Part shown: positions 1-10,880 of the stretch, piece by piece
Numbering within the stretch: the stretch's first letter is position 1
Layout: every line of letters begins with the position of its first letter
Assembly: GCA_003248775.1 (NCBI GenBank)
Contig: QFQX01000023.1
Coordinates: forward strand, 940 to 64,939
Length of the DNA: 64,000 bases
Direction: 5' to 3'
Origin: Shinella sp.
Lineage (GTDB): Bacteria; Pseudomonadota; Alphaproteobacteria; Rhizobiales; Rhizobiaceae
The notes under the pieces: model-generated
Seen by the model: the letters and a program-made list of their open reading frames with translations, nothing else
Database searches by the model: none
Told to the model about the DNA's origin: nothing
Program-made: the position numbers and the translations under genes

Positions 1-184
1 CGCCGAGAAACTCCAGCGAGCCGAAACGCGTATCGGTCGAGCCGGGGCGGAAGGTGGCGATCGATGTCGCCTTGATCGGCGCGGCCACGATCTCGCTCGC
101 AGCGCCGACATCACCCCAGCCAACGGAAATGCCGATCAATGCGGCCGCGAGCAGGCGGCCAGACCGAACTCTTCCGACCCGCAC
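1..184 (-). CDS. exported hypothetical protein, N-terminal fragment (gene runs off the window start)
   Basis: Minus-strand frame is open from a GTG at 182-184 to position 1. Translation VRVGRVRSGRLLAAALIGISVGWGDVGAASE... resembles a signal peptide. Truncated, so absent from the ORF track. Confidence 0.3.
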   Translation of the reverse strand, partial: MRVGRVRSGRLLAAALIGISVGWGDVGAASEIVAAPIKATSIATFRPGSTDTRFGSLEFLG

Positions 185-188
185 GCTT

Positions 189-2093
189 TTAGCCGGCACG
201 ACGCATGCGACTGCCGCGCTTGCTGCCGCCTTCGCTCTGATCCTCGAAAAGTGCTGCAAGCTGTTCGGTCATCGCGCCCGCCAGTTCGTCGGCATCGACG
301 ATGGTGACGGCCTTGCGATAGTAGCGTGTCACGTCGTGACCGATACCGATGGCGAGAAGCTCGATCGACGAACGCGTCTCGATCTGCTCGATCACGGCGC
401 GCAGGTGTCGCTCCAGATAGTTGCCCGGATTAACCGACAGCGTCGAGTCATCGACCGGCGCACCGTCCGAAATCATCATCAGGATCTTACGCTGCTCCTG
501 CCGAGCCGCCAGCCGACTGTGAGCCCACATCAGGGCTTCGCCGTCGATGTTCTCCTTGAGAAGGCCTTCGCGCATCATCAGGCCGAGATTGCGGCGCGCG
601 CGGCGCCACGGCGCATCGGCCGACTTGTAGACGATGTGGCGCAGGTCATTGAGACGGCCGGGTGTCGGCGGCTTGCCGCTTGCCAGCCACTTCTCCCTCG
701 ACTGACCGCCCTTCCAGGCCTTGGTCGTGAAGCCCAGGATCTCGACCTTGACGCCGCAACGCTCGAGCGTGCGGGCAAGAATGTCGGCGCAGGTGGCTGC
801 AACGGTGATCGGCCGACCGCGCATCGAACCGGAATTGTCGATGACCAGCGTCACCACGGTATCGCGGAACTTGGTATCGCGCTCCCGCTTGAAGGACAGC
901 GGCTGCATCGGGTCGATCACCAGACGGGTGAGCCGGGCGCTATCGAGATAGCCTTCTTCCAGATCGAAGTCCCAGGAACGGTTCTGCTGTGCCATCAGGC
1001 GGCGCTGAAGCCGGTTTGCCAGCCGCCCGACGGCACCCTGCAGATGCGCAAGCTGCTTGTCGAGGAAGGCCCTGAGGCGGTCGAGTTCGGCCTCGTCGCA
1101 AAGCTCTTCCGCGGTGATGACCTCGTCGAACTCCTGAGTATAGATCCGGTAGTCGACCTTCTCGTTGAAATCGTCGAAGGGGCTTGCAGGGCGGCGCATC
1201 TCGCCGGGTGTTTCGGAATCGTCGTCGCCTTCATCCGACATGTCGTCGTCGGAGATTTCGGCGCCGTCCATCTCGCCGTCTTCCATCTGCTCCTGCGAGG
1301 CTTCGCTTTCCTCGGCGGGAGCGGATTCAGAACCGGCTTCCTCTTCGGCGTTTTCCTGCTCTTCCTCGTTGCTGCGCGGCTGATCCTCGTCGGTGGACTG
1401 GTCGTCCTCGCCCTCCTCCTGGTCCTCGCCGACATCCTCAGCCATTTCCATGGCCGAGAGCATGTGACGGATGACCTTGGCGAAGGCCTGCTGGTCGTTG
1501 ATCGTCCCGTTCAGCTGATCGAGGCTGGAGCCCGCCTTCTCCATGATGAAGGGGCGCCAGAGATCGAGAACCTTGCCGGCGCTGGCAGGCGGCTTCTCGC
1601 CCGTCAGTTTCTCGCGCACCAGCATGGCAACGGCCTCCTGGATCGGAGCATCCTCCTGCCGGCTGATGCCGGAGAAATTCGCCTTGGCGTATTTCTCCGC
1701 ATGCATGGCGCTCATATTGGCGGCCATGCCGCTCATCCTGAGCGCACCGATGGATTCCACGCGCGCCTGTTCCACGGCGTCGAAGACGGCACGGGCATCC
1801 GTGCCCTGCGGCGCCATGACGGCATGGACCTTCTGGTCGTGGCAGGCGATGCGAAGCGCCATGGAATCCCCGAGACCGCGGGTCACGGCCAGCTCATGGG
1901 CCGTCGGCCGCTTGGAGAGTTCCGGCAGGCGCACGCGCTCGCCGGCGAGGCCGGGTCGCTCGTTGGCGAACACCACCTCGACTTCCGCACTGCCGGCAAC
2001 CGACCGCACGCAGCCGGTTATCGCCCGCCGCATCGGTTCGGTATCAACGCCCACGCCGGGCTTCGCATTCACATTGTCGCCGCGACCTGCCAT
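189..2093 (-). CDS. cobT: aerobic cobaltochelatase subunit CobT
   Basis: 634-aa ORF with a central poly-acidic stretch ([16 protein letters not shown]...) and a C-terminal vWA-like domain ([12 protein letters not shown]). Lies directly downstream of cobS. Confidence 0.9.
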   Translation of the reverse strand: MAGRGDNVNAKPGVGVDTEPMRRAITGCVRSVAGSAEVEVVFANERPGLAGERVRLPELSKRPTAHELAVTRGLGDSMALRIACHDQKVHAVMAPQGTDARAVFDAVEQARVESIGALRMSGMAANMSAMHAEKYAKANFSGISRQEDAPIQEAVAMLVREKLTGEKPPASAGKVLDLWRPFIMEKAGSSLDQLNGTINDQQAFAKVIRHMLSAMEMAEDVGEDQEEGEDDQSTDEDQPRSNEEEQENAEEEAGSESAPAEESEASQEQMEDGEMDGAEISDDDMSDEGDDDSETPGEMRRPASPFDDFNEKVDYRIYTQEFDEVITAEELCDEAELDRLRAFLDKQLAHLQGAVGRLANRLQRRLMAQQNRSWDFDLEEGYLDSARLTRLVIDPMQPLSFKRERDTKFRDTVVTLVIDNSGSMRGRPITVAATCADILARTLERCGVKVEILGFTTKAWKGGQSREKWLASGKPPTPGRLNDLRHIVYKSADAPWRRARRNLGLMMREGLLKENIDGEALMWAHSRLAARQEQRKILMMISDGAPVDDSTLSVNPGNYLERHLRAVIEQIETRSSIELLAIGIGHDVTRYYRKAVTIVDADELAGAMTEQLAALFEDQSEGGSKRGSRMRRAG

Positions 2094-2106
2094 TCCGATC
2101 GCCTTC

Positions 2107-3099
2107 TTACGCGCCTACAACGATGTTGGCGGCGCTCTCCTTGAGTTCGACACCGAAGGCGCGCTGGTACTGTTCGGCCACCAGCGTACGCTCGAGCTCG
2201 TCGCACTTGTTGAGGAAGGTCACGCGGAAGGCGAAGGCCACATCACCGAAGATCACGGCGTTTTCCGCCCAGGTGATGACGGTACGCGGGCTCATGACGG
2301 TCGAAAGATCGCCATTCATGAAGGCGGCACGCGTGAGATCCGCAAGGCGAACCATGCGCGAAACCGTGTCACGGCCGGTGTCGTTGCCTGCAAAGGCCTT
2401 CACCTTGGCGAGAACGATATCGACTTCCTTGTCGTGCGGCAGGTAGTTCAGCGTGGTGACGATCGACCAGCGGTCCATCTGCGCCTGGTTGATCTGCTGG
2501 GTGCCGTGATAGAGGCCGGTGGTATCGCCCAGGCCGACCGTGTTGGCGGTCGCAAACAGGCGGAAAGCAGGGTGAGGACGGATGACCCGGCTCTGGTCGA
2601 GCAGCGTCAGGCGACCGGAGGATTCCAGCACGCGCTGGATGACGAACATGACGTCCGGACGGCCGGCATCGTATTCGTCGAACACGAGCGCGACATTGTG
2701 CTGGTAGGCCCAGGGCAGGATGCCGTCCTTGAATTCGGTGATCTGCTTGCCGTCTTTGAGAACGATGGCGTCCTTGCCGACGAGGTCGATACGGCTGACA
2801 TGGCTGTCGAGGTTGACGCGCACGCAAGGCCAGTTCAGCCGGGCTGCGACCTGCTCGATATGGGTCGACTTGCCGGTACCGTGGAAACCGGAAACCATCA
2901 CGCGGCGGTTATGGGCAAAGCCTGCAAGAATGGCAAGCGTCGTCTCGCGGTCGAAGAGATAGTCGGGGTCGAGATCCGGCACATAGGCATCTCCCTTGCT
3001 GTAGGCCGGAACGCGCAGGTCGGTGTCGATACCGAAGACTTCGCGGACCGACACAGTCGTGTCGGGGAGATTGGTAATATCAAGTTCAATTTTGCTCAT
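2107..3099 (-). CDS. cobS: aerobic cobaltochelatase subunit CobS (AAA+ ATPase)
   Basis: 330-aa ORF with Walker [13 protein letters not shown]. Typical CobS length and cobS-cobT tandem. Confidence 0.9.
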   Translation of the reverse strand: MSKIELDITNLPDTTVSVREVFGIDTDLRVPAYSKGDAYVPDLDPDYLFDRETTLAILAGFAHNRRVMVSGFHGTGKSTHIEQVAARLNWPCVRVNLDSHVSRIDLVGKDAIVLKDGKQITEFKDGILPWAYQHNVALVFDEYDAGRPDVMFVIQRVLESSGRLTLLDQSRVIRPHPAFRLFATANTVGLGDTTGLYHGTQQINQAQMDRWSIVTTLNYLPHDKEVDIVLAKVKAFAGNDTGRDTVSRMVRLADLTRAAFMNGDLSTVMSPRTVITWAENAVIFGDVAFAFRVTFLNKCDELERTLVAEQYQRAFGVELKESAANIVVGA

Positions 3100-3165
3100 C
3101 GTGTCTCCATGCCGGACGCCCCGGACCCGGCCGCATAAAAATGAAACTTCCTGCCAAGCTTCGGA

Positions 3166-3792
3166 TTAACAGAAACCAGCCTGCTTTAACAATTGATACG
3201 CCTGAATGACAGCGCGAAAGCGCTCTTCCGAACCACGGTCGCCGCCATTTGCGTCAGGATGGTGTTTTTTTACAAGCTCCTTGTAGCGGGTCTTGATCTC
3301 CGCGGGAGAGGAATTGCCGGGAAGCCCCATCGTATCGAAGGCTTTGGCCTCCAGACTTTTCAGTTTTCGCAATTGCGGCTGCAAGCGCGGCCCATTGCCG
3401 CGGCCCTGCTGTACGAAACCGAAAGGGTCCTTCATGCGGGCCTGGGAGGCCGCAGAACCCGACCGCGCCGTCGAATGCAGCGGGCTTGCGCGCGCAGCCT
3501 TGTTGACCCCGACCGTCCAGGTCGGGCGATGCCCGGTAATCGCTTCCTTCTGGTAGCGCGCGATTTCCCCGTCCGAAAGGCCGGAGAAATAATTGTAGCC
3601 CTTGTTGTATTCCTTCACGTGCTCAAAGCAGAACAGGAAAAACTGGCCCTCGGCATTGCGACCGACAGGCGCGCGATGCGCGCCCGGCTTGTCGCAGCCG
3701 TCCCACTGACAGGTCGCAGGTGCGGGCTCGGCTTCCGGCGCTTTTTTCCGCTGCGTCCGGATCCGATCGAAATATTTTGAATCGAGTTTCAT
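3166..3792 (-). CDS. J-domain (DnaJ-like) protein
   Basis: C-terminal J domain (EIKTRYKELVKKHHPDANGGD with HPD motif). Start moved to the internal ATG (MKLDSKYFDRIR) at 3790-3792. Confidence 0.75.
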   Translation of the reverse strand: MKLDSKYFDRIRTQRKKAPEAEPAPATCQWDGCDKPGAHRAPVGRNAEGQFFLFCFEHVKEYNKGYNYFSGLSDGEIARYQKEAITGHRPTWTVGVNKAARASPLHSTARSGSAASQARMKDPFGFVQQGRGNGPRLQPQLRKLKSLEAKAFDTMGLPGNSSPAEIKTRYKELVKKHHPDANGGDRGSEERFRAVIQAYQLLKQAGFC

Positions 3793-3899
3793 CCGGTGAT
3801 TATGGTGCCTCCGGCAAATGACGACAAGAATTGACAAACGCGAATGTTCGGAGCTTTGTGGGGGCTTTTTCGAGGACTGCCGAAGCAGATTGGGAAAGC

Positions 3900-4181
3900 A
3901 TGGCCATACGCACCACAATTGAGGCGAAACTGCGCGCGGCCTTTTCGCCGGAACGGCTCCTGGTGATTGACGAGAGCGCCCAGCATGCCGGTCATCAGCC
4001 TGACATCACGGGCACGGGCGAAACCCACATGCGGGTAAGGATCGTTGCCGCCGAATTCAACGGCATGTCGAGGCTTGCCCGACACCGGGCGATTACGGAA
4101 CTGCTCAAGCCTGAGCTAGATGCAGGCCTGCATGCGCTGGCAATAGAACCAGCCGCACCGGGCGAAGCGACCCGCTGGTAA
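3900..4181 (+). CDS. bolA: BolA family protein
   Basis: MAIRTTIEAKLRAAF...LLVIDESAQHAGH...HMRVRIVAAEFNGMSRLARHRAI matches the BolA fold signature. Start taken at the ATG at 3900. Confidence 0.8.
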   Translation: MAIRTTIEAKLRAAFSPERLLVIDESAQHAGHQPDITGTGETHMRVRIVAAEFNGMSRLARHRAITELLKPELDAGLHALAIEPAAPGEATRW

Positions 4182-4260
4182 CCGCCAGACGATCCATTAC
4201 CGTGGGCCATTATCGTGGGAACGAACTCCAGATGGGCCCGCGAGGGGGTCATTTCAAGCG

Positions 4261-5145
4261 TTATTCGGCTTTCGCGGTATCCTCGACAGGACGAATCCTG
4301 AGCTTGGTCAGGCGGTTCTTCTCACGCTTCATCACGATAAAACGCTTGCCGTGGAACGTGAACGCCTGACGTTCCTCCGGGATGGATTTTGATTCGTGGA
4401 TGACGAGGCCGGCGATCGTCGTCGCCTCCTCGTCCGGCAGGCTCCAGTCGAGCACGCGATTGAGGTCCCGGATCGGCACGGAGCCATCGACCACAATCGA
4501 GCCGTCCGCTTCCTGCCGAACACCCTGGATCTCCAGATCATGTTCATCGGCAATGTCGCCGACGATTTCCTCGAGGATATCCTCAAGCGTCACGATGCCC
4601 TGCACTTCGCCATACTCATCGACGACCACGGCGAAATGCACCTTGCGCCGCAGGAAGGCGCCGAGCTGATCCCGAAGGCTGGTAGTATCGGGCACGAACC
4701 ACGGCTTCTGCGCAATCGCGGTAATGTCCAGCTTTTCCGGATCGACACCGGGCTCGGCAAGCGTCCGCAACAGGTCCTTGGCATGCACCACGCCGACGAT
4801 ATTTTCCGTCGATCCCCTCCACAGCGGCATGCGCGTGTAGGGGCTTTCCAGAACAGCCCGAACGACTACCCCCGGCGGATCGTCCACATTGACGCCCCGC
4901 ATGGCCGTGCGATGCCGCATGACGTCGGAAACTTCGAGCTCATCGAGTTCGAAGAGACCGCTCAGCCGGTCGCGCTCCGGCCTGTCGGAGGAGGCTTCGC
5001 GATGAACGAGCTGAAGCGCCGCGTGAAGCTCGTCGGAACTGGCGAGCGTCAGCGTATCTTCCGAAAGGCGCGCACCGGTGGTACGCAGGAGGCTGCGGAT
5101 CAGCGCATTGACAGCGCGCGACAGCAGGCCATTTCCCGAGGTCAT
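4261..5145 (-). CDS. CBS-pair / CorC-HlyC domain protein (TlyC-like)
   Basis: 294 aa with tandem CBS domains followed by a CorC_HlyC-type C-terminal domain. No N-terminal membrane domain is visible. Confidence 0.75.
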   Translation of the reverse strand: MTSGNGLLSRAVNALIRSLLRTTGARLSEDTLTLASSDELHAALQLVHREASSDRPERDRLSGLFELDELEVSDVMRHRTAMRGVNVDDPPGVVVRAVLESPYTRMPLWRGSTENIVGVVHAKDLLRTLAEPGVDPEKLDITAIAQKPWFVPDTTSLRDQLGAFLRRKVHFAVVVDEYGEVQGIVTLEDILEEIVGDIADEHDLEIQGVRQEADGSIVVDGSVPIRDLNRVLDWSLPDEEATTIAGLVIHESKSIPEERQAFTFHGKRFIVMKREKNRLTKLRIRPVEDTAKAE

Positions 5146-6269
5146 TTCTTGCGCTTTTCCTCCAGGAAACTGACAACCTCGGAGGCAGGCACATCGTCGG
5201 CGACGAAGGACTGGCCGATGCCGCGGGTCAGTATGAAGGTGAGCTTGCCGCCCTTGACCTTCTTGTCCTGCGCGATGGCATCCATCAGGAATTCGGTCGA
5301 TGGCAGCTCGCCCGGAATCTCATCGATCCGGGTCGGCAGGCCAACCGCCTTGAGATGGGCCTCGACACGCCCGGCATCATCCGGGCTCGCCAGATTGAGC
5401 CGCGCGGAGAACTGGTGCGCCAGCACCATGCCGATCGAGACGCCCTCGCCATGCACGAGGCGGCGGCTGTCGTATTCGGTTGCAGCTTCCAGCGCATGGC
5501 CGAAAGTATGTCCGAGGTTCAAAAGCGCCCGGCGACCATTCTCCCGCTCGTCGGCGACAACCACATCGGCCTTCGCCTGACAGCTCGTCGCAATCGCCTC
5601 GATGCGGGCCGCACCGCCGGAAAAGACTTCCTTCCAGTTCTTCTCGAGCCATTCGAAGAAATCGGGCTTGTCGATCAGGCCGTATTTGGCGACCTCGGCA
5701 TAACCGGCGCGAAATTCGCGTTCGCTCAGCGTATTCAGCACATCGGTATCGGCCAGCACGAGGTCGGGCTGGTTGAAGATGCCGACAAGGTTTTTGCCGT
5801 GGCGCGTGTTGATCCCGGTCTTGCCGCCGACGGAGCTGTCGACCTGCGACAAAAGCGATGTCGGGATCTGCACGAAACGCACGCCGCGTCGGACGATCCC
5901 CGCCGCAAAACCTGTGAGATCGCCGATGACGCCGCCGCCGAGCGCGATGACCGTATCGTTGCGCTCGATGCGCGCCTCCAGCAGGACGTCGCAAACCGTG
6001 GTGAGGCTGTCGAAGCTCTTGGTCTTCTCTCCCGGCGGCAGGCTGAGCGACACGGCTTCGATGCCATCGGTCTGCAGGCTGTCCATCAGCGGGTCGAGAT
6101 AGAGTTTACCGACATGCTCGTCGGTGATGATGGCCGCCTTGCGCCCCTTGATTCGCGTCGAGATCTCGCCGCCGGCGCGGCCGATCAGGCCGGGTCCGAT
6201 CAGAATGTCATAGGCGCGCTCGCCGAGCGGAACATGCACCAGCCGTTCGGTATTGTCTGAACTAGTCAT
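5142..6269 (-). CDS. aroB: 3-dehydroquinate synthase
   Basis: AroB-like sequence (GGGVIGDLTGFAAG, NLGHTFGHALE). Start set to the ATG at 6267-6269 (MTSSDN), 2 nt after the aroK stop. Confidence 0.9.
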   Translation of the reverse strand: MTSSDNTERLVHVPLGERAYDILIGPGLIGRAGGEISTRIKGRKAAIITDEHVGKLYLDPLMDSLQTDGIEAVSLSLPPGEKTKSFDSLTTVCDVLLEARIERNDTVIALGGGVIGDLTGFAAGIVRRGVRFVQIPTSLLSQVDSSVGGKTGINTRHGKNLVGIFNQPDLVLADTDVLNTLSEREFRAGYAEVAKYGLIDKPDFFEWLEKNWKEVFSGGAARIEAIATSCQAKADVVVADERENGRRALLNLGHTFGHALEAATEYDSRRLVHGEGVSIGMVLAHQFSARLNLASPDDAGRVEAHLKAVGLPTRIDEIPGELPSTEFLMDAIAQDKKVKGGKLTFILTRGIGQSFVADDVPASEVVSFLEEKRKK

Positions 6270-6858
6270 TCTTGCTTGCTGCCTTTGCGGTATGGTCAAT
6301 GATCGCCGTCAGAACCTCGTTGGCGATGATCTCCTTGCGCACGTCACGCGACAAGACGGAGATATCGGCCAGCGCATAGACCGGGTAGCGTTTCTGCATC
6401 AGGTCTTCCAGCGTCTTCTTCGGATTTTCCGTCTTGAGAAGAGGCCGGTGATCGCGCTTGTTGACCCTTTCCCACAACACATCGAGATCGGCGTTGAGCC
6501 AGAGCGAAATGCCGCCCTTCTCGATCTGCCTGCGGGTCTTTTCATTGATGAAGGCGCCGCCGCCGGTGGAGACCACGCGTGGCCCGGATTTCAGCAGGCG
6601 CTTGATCACCCGCGTCTCGAGTGCACGAAACTCGTCCTCGCCATAGGCGGCGAAAAGCTCGCTGATCGTCATGCGCGACACACGCTCGATTTCCACGTCG
6701 GTATCGACGAAGGGCAAGCCGAGCTGCCCCGCGACCATGCGGCCGATCGCGGATTTTCCAGCGCCCATCAATCCGACGAAGACGAGATTGCGGCGCCCCA
6801 GTGCGGCCCGGGCACGCTCGCCCAAAGTCGGGACATCGGGAAAAATCGTATCGGTCAT
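6262..6858 (-). CDS. aroK: shikimate kinase
   Basis: Walker A GLMGAGKSAIG followed by FVDTD. Start at the internal ATG (MTDTIF). Forms an aroK-aroB operon. Confidence 0.9.
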   Translation of the reverse strand: MTDTIFPDVPTLGERARAALGRRNLVFVGLMGAGKSAIGRMVAGQLGLPFVDTDVEIERVSRMTISELFAAYGEDEFRALETRVIKRLLKSGPRVVSTGGGAFINEKTRRQIEKGGISLWLNADLDVLWERVNKRDHRPLLKTENPKKTLEDLMQKRYPVYALADISVLSRDVRKEIIANEVLTAIIDHTAKAASKND

Positions 6859-7006
6859 AGGCCTGTTCGCAAGTGTTTTAACACGGTATTTACAAATGCA
6901 GGGCAAGCGTCAAGCCATACGCATGAAGGAAAGCGATGGCCGCGCGCCTTGCAATGCGCAGGATGCGTCGTCATATCAGCTTTCGGCCTGCTCCAAGGAC
7001 GATGCC

Positions 7007-7159
7007 ATGCCTACCTTGCTCCGTTTCGCTTTCTTCTGCGCCACTGCCGTCGCGATCGTCTACGGCATCATGTGGTCGCTGGTGGTATTCGTCGAACCCC
7101 GGGAACGGGATGTCACCGTTCGCATCCCTTCCGAGCGGGTCAATCCGCCCATACAATAA
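7007..7159 (+). CDS. small membrane protein (50 aa)
   Basis: Internal ATG of ORF 6671-7159 gives MPTLLRFAFFCATAVAIVYGIMWSLVVF..., with one clear TM helix. Sits just upstream of xerD. Confidence 0.4.
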   Translation: MPTLLRFAFFCATAVAIVYGIMWSLVVFVEPRERDVTVRIPSERVNPPIQ

Positions 7160-7174
7160 CCAGCGGAGGCCGTC

Positions 7175-8116
7175 TTGTCCGATTTGAGCCGGGCCCGCAT
7201 GGAGGCCTTCCTGGAGATGATGAGCGCGGAGCGCGGAGCCGCCGCCAACACGCTGTCGTCCTATGAGCGCGATCTCGACGACCTCCACGACTTTCTAAGC
7301 TCACGGAAGATCGGCCTCGATGCGGCCGACCAGCAGACGCTTTCCGCCTATCTCTCGGATCTCGCCAAAAGGGGATACGAGCCGACGTCTCAGGCCCGCC
7401 GCCTCTCCACCATGCGGCAGTTCTACAAGTTTCTCTATGCCGAGGGCCTGAGGGGCGACGATCCGACGGCCATTCTCGACTCTCCGAAGAAATCGCGGCC
7501 TCTCCCCAAGACGCTTTCCGAAGACGAGGTGAGCCGGTTGCTCTCGCTCGCCGAGCAGGAGGCGGCCCTTGCCGGTCCCGGACACCTGTCGCGACTGCGC
7601 ATGCTGGCTCTTCTGGAACTGTTGTACGCCACCGGCATGCGCGTCAGCGAACTGGTAGCCCTGCCGGTCAAGGTTCTGGCGCAGGAAGGCCGTTTCCTGA
7701 TGATCCGCGGCAAGGGAAACAAGGAAAGGCTGGTGCCGCTTTCCAAGGCCGCAATCGCCGCGGTCTCCCGCTATGGCGAACAACTTGCTGCGGAAACGGA
7801 CGGCGAAACCGGCCCCTTCCTTTTCCCCGCAGCGAGCAAGGAAGGCTATCTCCCCCGGCAGGTCTTCGCCCGCGACCTCAAGGATCTTGCGATGAGGGCC
7901 GGCTTGAGGGCGTCGGCCATTTCTCCCCATGTGCTGCGCCACGCCTTCGCCAGCCACCTCCTGCAGAACGGTGCGGACCTGCGTGTCGTGCAGGAATTGC
8001 TGGGTCACAGCGACATTTCCACCACACAAATCTACACGCATGTGCTGGATGAAAGGCTTCAGAAGCTGGTCCAGACACATCACCCCCTTGCAAAACAGGC
8101 CAAAAACCACGATTAG
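7175..8116 (+). CDS. xerD: site-specific tyrosine recombinase XerD
   Basis: 313 aa with the R..HxxR..Y catalytic region ([12 protein letters not shown] ... TTQIYTHV). TTG start preceded by GGAGG. The start could instead be the ATG at 7199. Confidence 0.88.
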   Translation: MSDLSRARMEAFLEMMSAERGAAANTLSSYERDLDDLHDFLSSRKIGLDAADQQTLSAYLSDLAKRGYEPTSQARRLSTMRQFYKFLYAEGLRGDDPTAILDSPKKSRPLPKTLSEDEVSRLLSLAEQEAALAGPGHLSRLRMLALLELLYATGMRVSELVALPVKVLAQEGRFLMIRGKGNKERLVPLSKAAIAAVSRYGEQLAAETDGETGPFLFPAASKEGYLPRQVFARDLKDLAMRAGLRASAISPHVLRHAFASHLLQNGADLRVVQELLGHSDISTTQIYTHVLDERLQKLVQTHHPLAKQAKNHD

Positions 8117-8203
8117 AGCCTCGGCTCTCCAGACTGGCAATGCCAGCGCCCGGCATTTCACAGGCGTTTGAATGGCCAGGGCAGAAAGATCGGAACGGAT
8201 TTC

Positions 8204-9157
8204 ATGCACAACTATCTCGACTTCGAAAAGCCAATCTCCGACCTCGAGGCAAAGATCCACGAGTTGAAGAAACTTGCCGAGGAAGACCAGAGCATCGACA
8301 CCTCCGAGGAGATCGGTCGACTGGAGGCCCGTGTCGGCGAGGCCATGGTGGAGATCTATTCCAAGCTCAACCCCTGGCAGAAGACACAGGTCGCGCGCCA
8401 TCCGCAGCGTCCGCACTTCATCGACTATGCCGCACGGCTATTTACTGAATTCACGCCGCTTGCCGGCGACCGCAAGTTTGCCGAGGATGCCGCGATCCAG
8501 GCCGGTTTCGCCCGCTTCCGCGGTCAGCCCGTCGCCGTGATCGGCCAGGAAAAGGGTAACGACACCAAGTCCCGCCTCAAGCACAATTTCGGCAGCCCCC
8601 GTCCGGAAGGCTACCGCAAGGCCATCCGCATCATGGAAATGGCCGACCGCTTCGGCCTGCCGGTCGTCAGCCTGATCGACACGGCCGGTGCATATCCCGG
8701 CGTCGGGGCCGAGGAACGCGGCCAGGCGGAGGCCATCGCCCGCTCGACGGAAATGTGCCTTTCGCTGCACGTGCCGATCATATCGGTCGTGATCGGCGAA
8801 GGCGGCTCCGGCGGCGCGATCGCAATTGCCACCGGCAACCGCGTCTACATGCTGGAACACGCGATCTATTCGGTCATTTCGCCGGAAGGTGCGGCCTCCA
8901 TCCTCTGGCGCGATTCCACTCGCGCCAAGGAAGCGGCAACCAACATGAAGATAACCGCCGACGACCTCAAGGCGCTCGGCGTCATCGACGGCATCATTCC
9001 CGAACCTGTCGGCGGCGGCCATCGCGATCCCCAGCGGGTCATCGACACTGCCGGCGACGTCATCGCTGGCGCCCTCGCGGAGCTTTCGGGCCAGCCGGGA
9101 GACAAGCTGCGCAACGACCGTCGTCAGAAATTCCTCAACATCGGGCGCAATCTCTGA
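8204..9157 (+). CDS. accA: acetyl-CoA carboxylase carboxyltransferase alpha subunit
   Basis: MHNYLDFEKPISDLEAKIHELK... plus typical AccA body (IDTAGAYPGVGAEERGQAEAIA). Start at the ATG at 8204. Confidence 0.92.
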   Translation: MHNYLDFEKPISDLEAKIHELKKLAEEDQSIDTSEEIGRLEARVGEAMVEIYSKLNPWQKTQVARHPQRPHFIDYAARLFTEFTPLAGDRKFAEDAAIQAGFARFRGQPVAVIGQEKGNDTKSRLKHNFGSPRPEGYRKAIRIMEMADRFGLPVVSLIDTAGAYPGVGAEERGQAEAIARSTEMCLSLHVPIISVVIGEGGSGGAIAIATGNRVYMLEHAIYSVISPEGAASILWRDSTRAKEAATNMKITADDLKALGVIDGIIPEPVGGGHRDPQRVIDTAGDVIAGALAELSGQPGDKLRNDRRQKFLNIGRNL

Positions 9158-9340
9158 GGCTTGTAGTGCAGATCGGCCACAATGCTGCTGCTTTGCAGCA
9201 GTACCGGCGTCCACATACTGGTCGGGCTGGCGCCTTTGGTTTATGATTTGTAAAGATTGAAACCATAAATTGGCAGCATGGCGCTTTCCGGCGAAAGCAG
9301 ACGAAAGCACTTGTATCTTTTTCGAGATGAGCCGTCCGGA

Positions 9341-10636
9341 ATGCGTTGGAAATCATCTGTCCTCGTTTTGACCATGGCCGCACTGCTGGCCGGTTGCACA
9401 GTCAACGAAACGCTTGAAACCGTCGATCTGTCCCAGGTCAAGGACAAGGTAGACCATCCGCTTTCGCCAAAGATCCTCGCCGACATGCAGGCGAAGGGCA
9501 TGGAGCGCAACTCGCCGATCGCCATCCGCATCTTCAAGGAAGAAGGTGTTCTGGAGATCTGGAAGGCGAAGACGGACAACCGGTTCGAGAAGATCAAGGA
9601 ATACGCCATCTGCGCCTGGTCCGGAAAACTCGGGCCGAAGATAAAGGAAGGCGACCGGCAGGCACCGGAGGGCTTCTACCCGCTTTCGCCCCAGCATCTG
9701 AATCCGAATTCCAAGTATTACCTCGCCATCAACACCGGCTTCCCCAACCGCTACGACTCCGCCAACGGCCGTAACGGCACGAACCTGATGATCCATGGCG
9801 CCTGCTCGTCCGCCGGCTGCTATTCGATGACGGACGAACAGATCCTCGAGATCTACGCCTTCGCCCGCGACGCTTTCAAGGGCGGTCAGCAAACCATCCA
9901 GCTGCAGGCCTTCCCCTTCCGAATGACCGCGGAAAATATGGCGCGCCATCGCGCCAGCCAGCATTTCGAGTTCTGGCAAATGCTGAAAGCCGGTTACGAC
10001 AATTTCGAGGTGACCAAGCGTCCGCCCGAAGTTGCCGTCTGCGACAAGAAATACGTCTTCAACCAGCAGGTGGAAGGCGGCAAGGGTATCAGCGCCGGTG
10101 CGGCTTGCCCGCCCATGTCGACACCGCCAGCGCTCGAGATGGCCCTTAATTCCTACAACAAGACCTATCAGCTGGCCTATGACAAGGCGCTGAAGAAGCT
10201 CGGCGACAAGGTCTGGTACGATCCGACCGAGGCCGAGCGCAAGGCGATCGTCGCCAACCAGCGCAAGGGTCACGACCTTGCCTATGCACCGACTGGTTCG
10301 TCCCTGAAGGCCGGAAAGCTGGTCTCGCTGGAGGACGCCGAGAAGATGCAGGCCGCGCAGTCAACCGCGCCGACATCGGCGCCTGCTGCGATTGCCCGCA
10401 TGGCGGCTGCAACATCGAGCCAGAGCACGCCCGCCCCGGCGAATACCCAGCAGCCACCGCTGCAGACCGCAGCAGCAACTACCGTTGCAGCCGCGCCGCA
10501 GGGCGCGCAGGCCGCCGTTCCCGTACCGCAGCCAAATCCGCTGACCGCGGCAGCGGCAACGGACGCCACTGCGCCGGCACAGGAAACCGCTCAGGCTGAA
10601 AAGAAGCCGTTCTGGAAGTTCTGGCAAGCGCAATGA
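9341..10636 (+). CDS. L,D-transpeptidase family lipoprotein with Ala/Pro/Gln-rich C-terminal tail
   Basis: Lipobox signal MRWKSSVLVLTMAALLAGC. YkuD-type catalytic motif IHGACSSAGCYSM. Low-complexity C-terminus. Confidence 0.8.
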   Translation: MRWKSSVLVLTMAALLAGCTVNETLETVDLSQVKDKVDHPLSPKILADMQAKGMERNSPIAIRIFKEEGVLEIWKAKTDNRFEKIKEYAICAWSGKLGPKIKEGDRQAPEGFYPLSPQHLNPNSKYYLAINTGFPNRYDSANGRNGTNLMIHGACSSAGCYSMTDEQILEIYAFARDAFKGGQQTIQLQAFPFRMTAENMARHRASQHFEFWQMLKAGYDNFEVTKRPPEVAVCDKKYVFNQQVEGGKGISAGAACPPMSTPPALEMALNSYNKTYQLAYDKALKKLGDKVWYDPTEAERKAIVANQRKGHDLAYAPTGSSLKAGKLVSLEDAEKMQAAQSTAPTSAPAAIARMAAATSSQSTPAPANTQQPPLQTAAATTVAAAPQGAQAAVPVPQPNPLTAAAATDATAPAQETAQAEKKPFWKFWQAQ

Positions 10637-10869
10637 GCGAACCCGTGGTCTATGACCTCAAGGGGCTGAAATGCCCTCTGCCGGTCCTCAAGACCCGTCG
10701 CCGGATGGCCGATCTGGTCGCCGGCACCGAACTCACCATCGAAACCACCGACCCCCTGGCCGTAATCGACATCCCACACTTCTGCCATGAAGACGGACAT
10801 GACCTCCTGGAAAGCATCAAGATCGACGGTGGCCACCGCTTCCTGATCCGCAAGGGCGAAGAACGCTAA
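10633..10869 (+). CDS. TusA/SirA-like sulfurtransferase
   Basis: 78 aa with the LKCPLPVLK active-site Cys-Pro motif. The start overlaps the upstream stop (ATGA). Confidence 0.8.
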   Translation: MSEPVVYDLKGLKCPLPVLKTRRRMADLVAGTELTIETTDPLAVIDIPHFCHEDGHDLLESIKIDGGHRFLIRKGEER

Positions 10870-10880
10870 GGCGGTAGCAC

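Noticed and set aside
1180-1440. GA/GAG-rich repetitive tract
   Set aside because: It encodes the poly-acidic linker typical of CobT and is not an independent element.
54-2144. 696-aa plus-strand ORF across the start of the window
   Set aside because: It is antisense to the well-supported cobT gene. The translation is low-complexity Ala/Arg/Gly-rich with no motifs, which is typical of shadow ORFs in high-GC DNA.
7301-8416. 371-aa minus-strand ORF
   Set aside because: It is antisense to xerD and the accA start, and no domain is recognisable.
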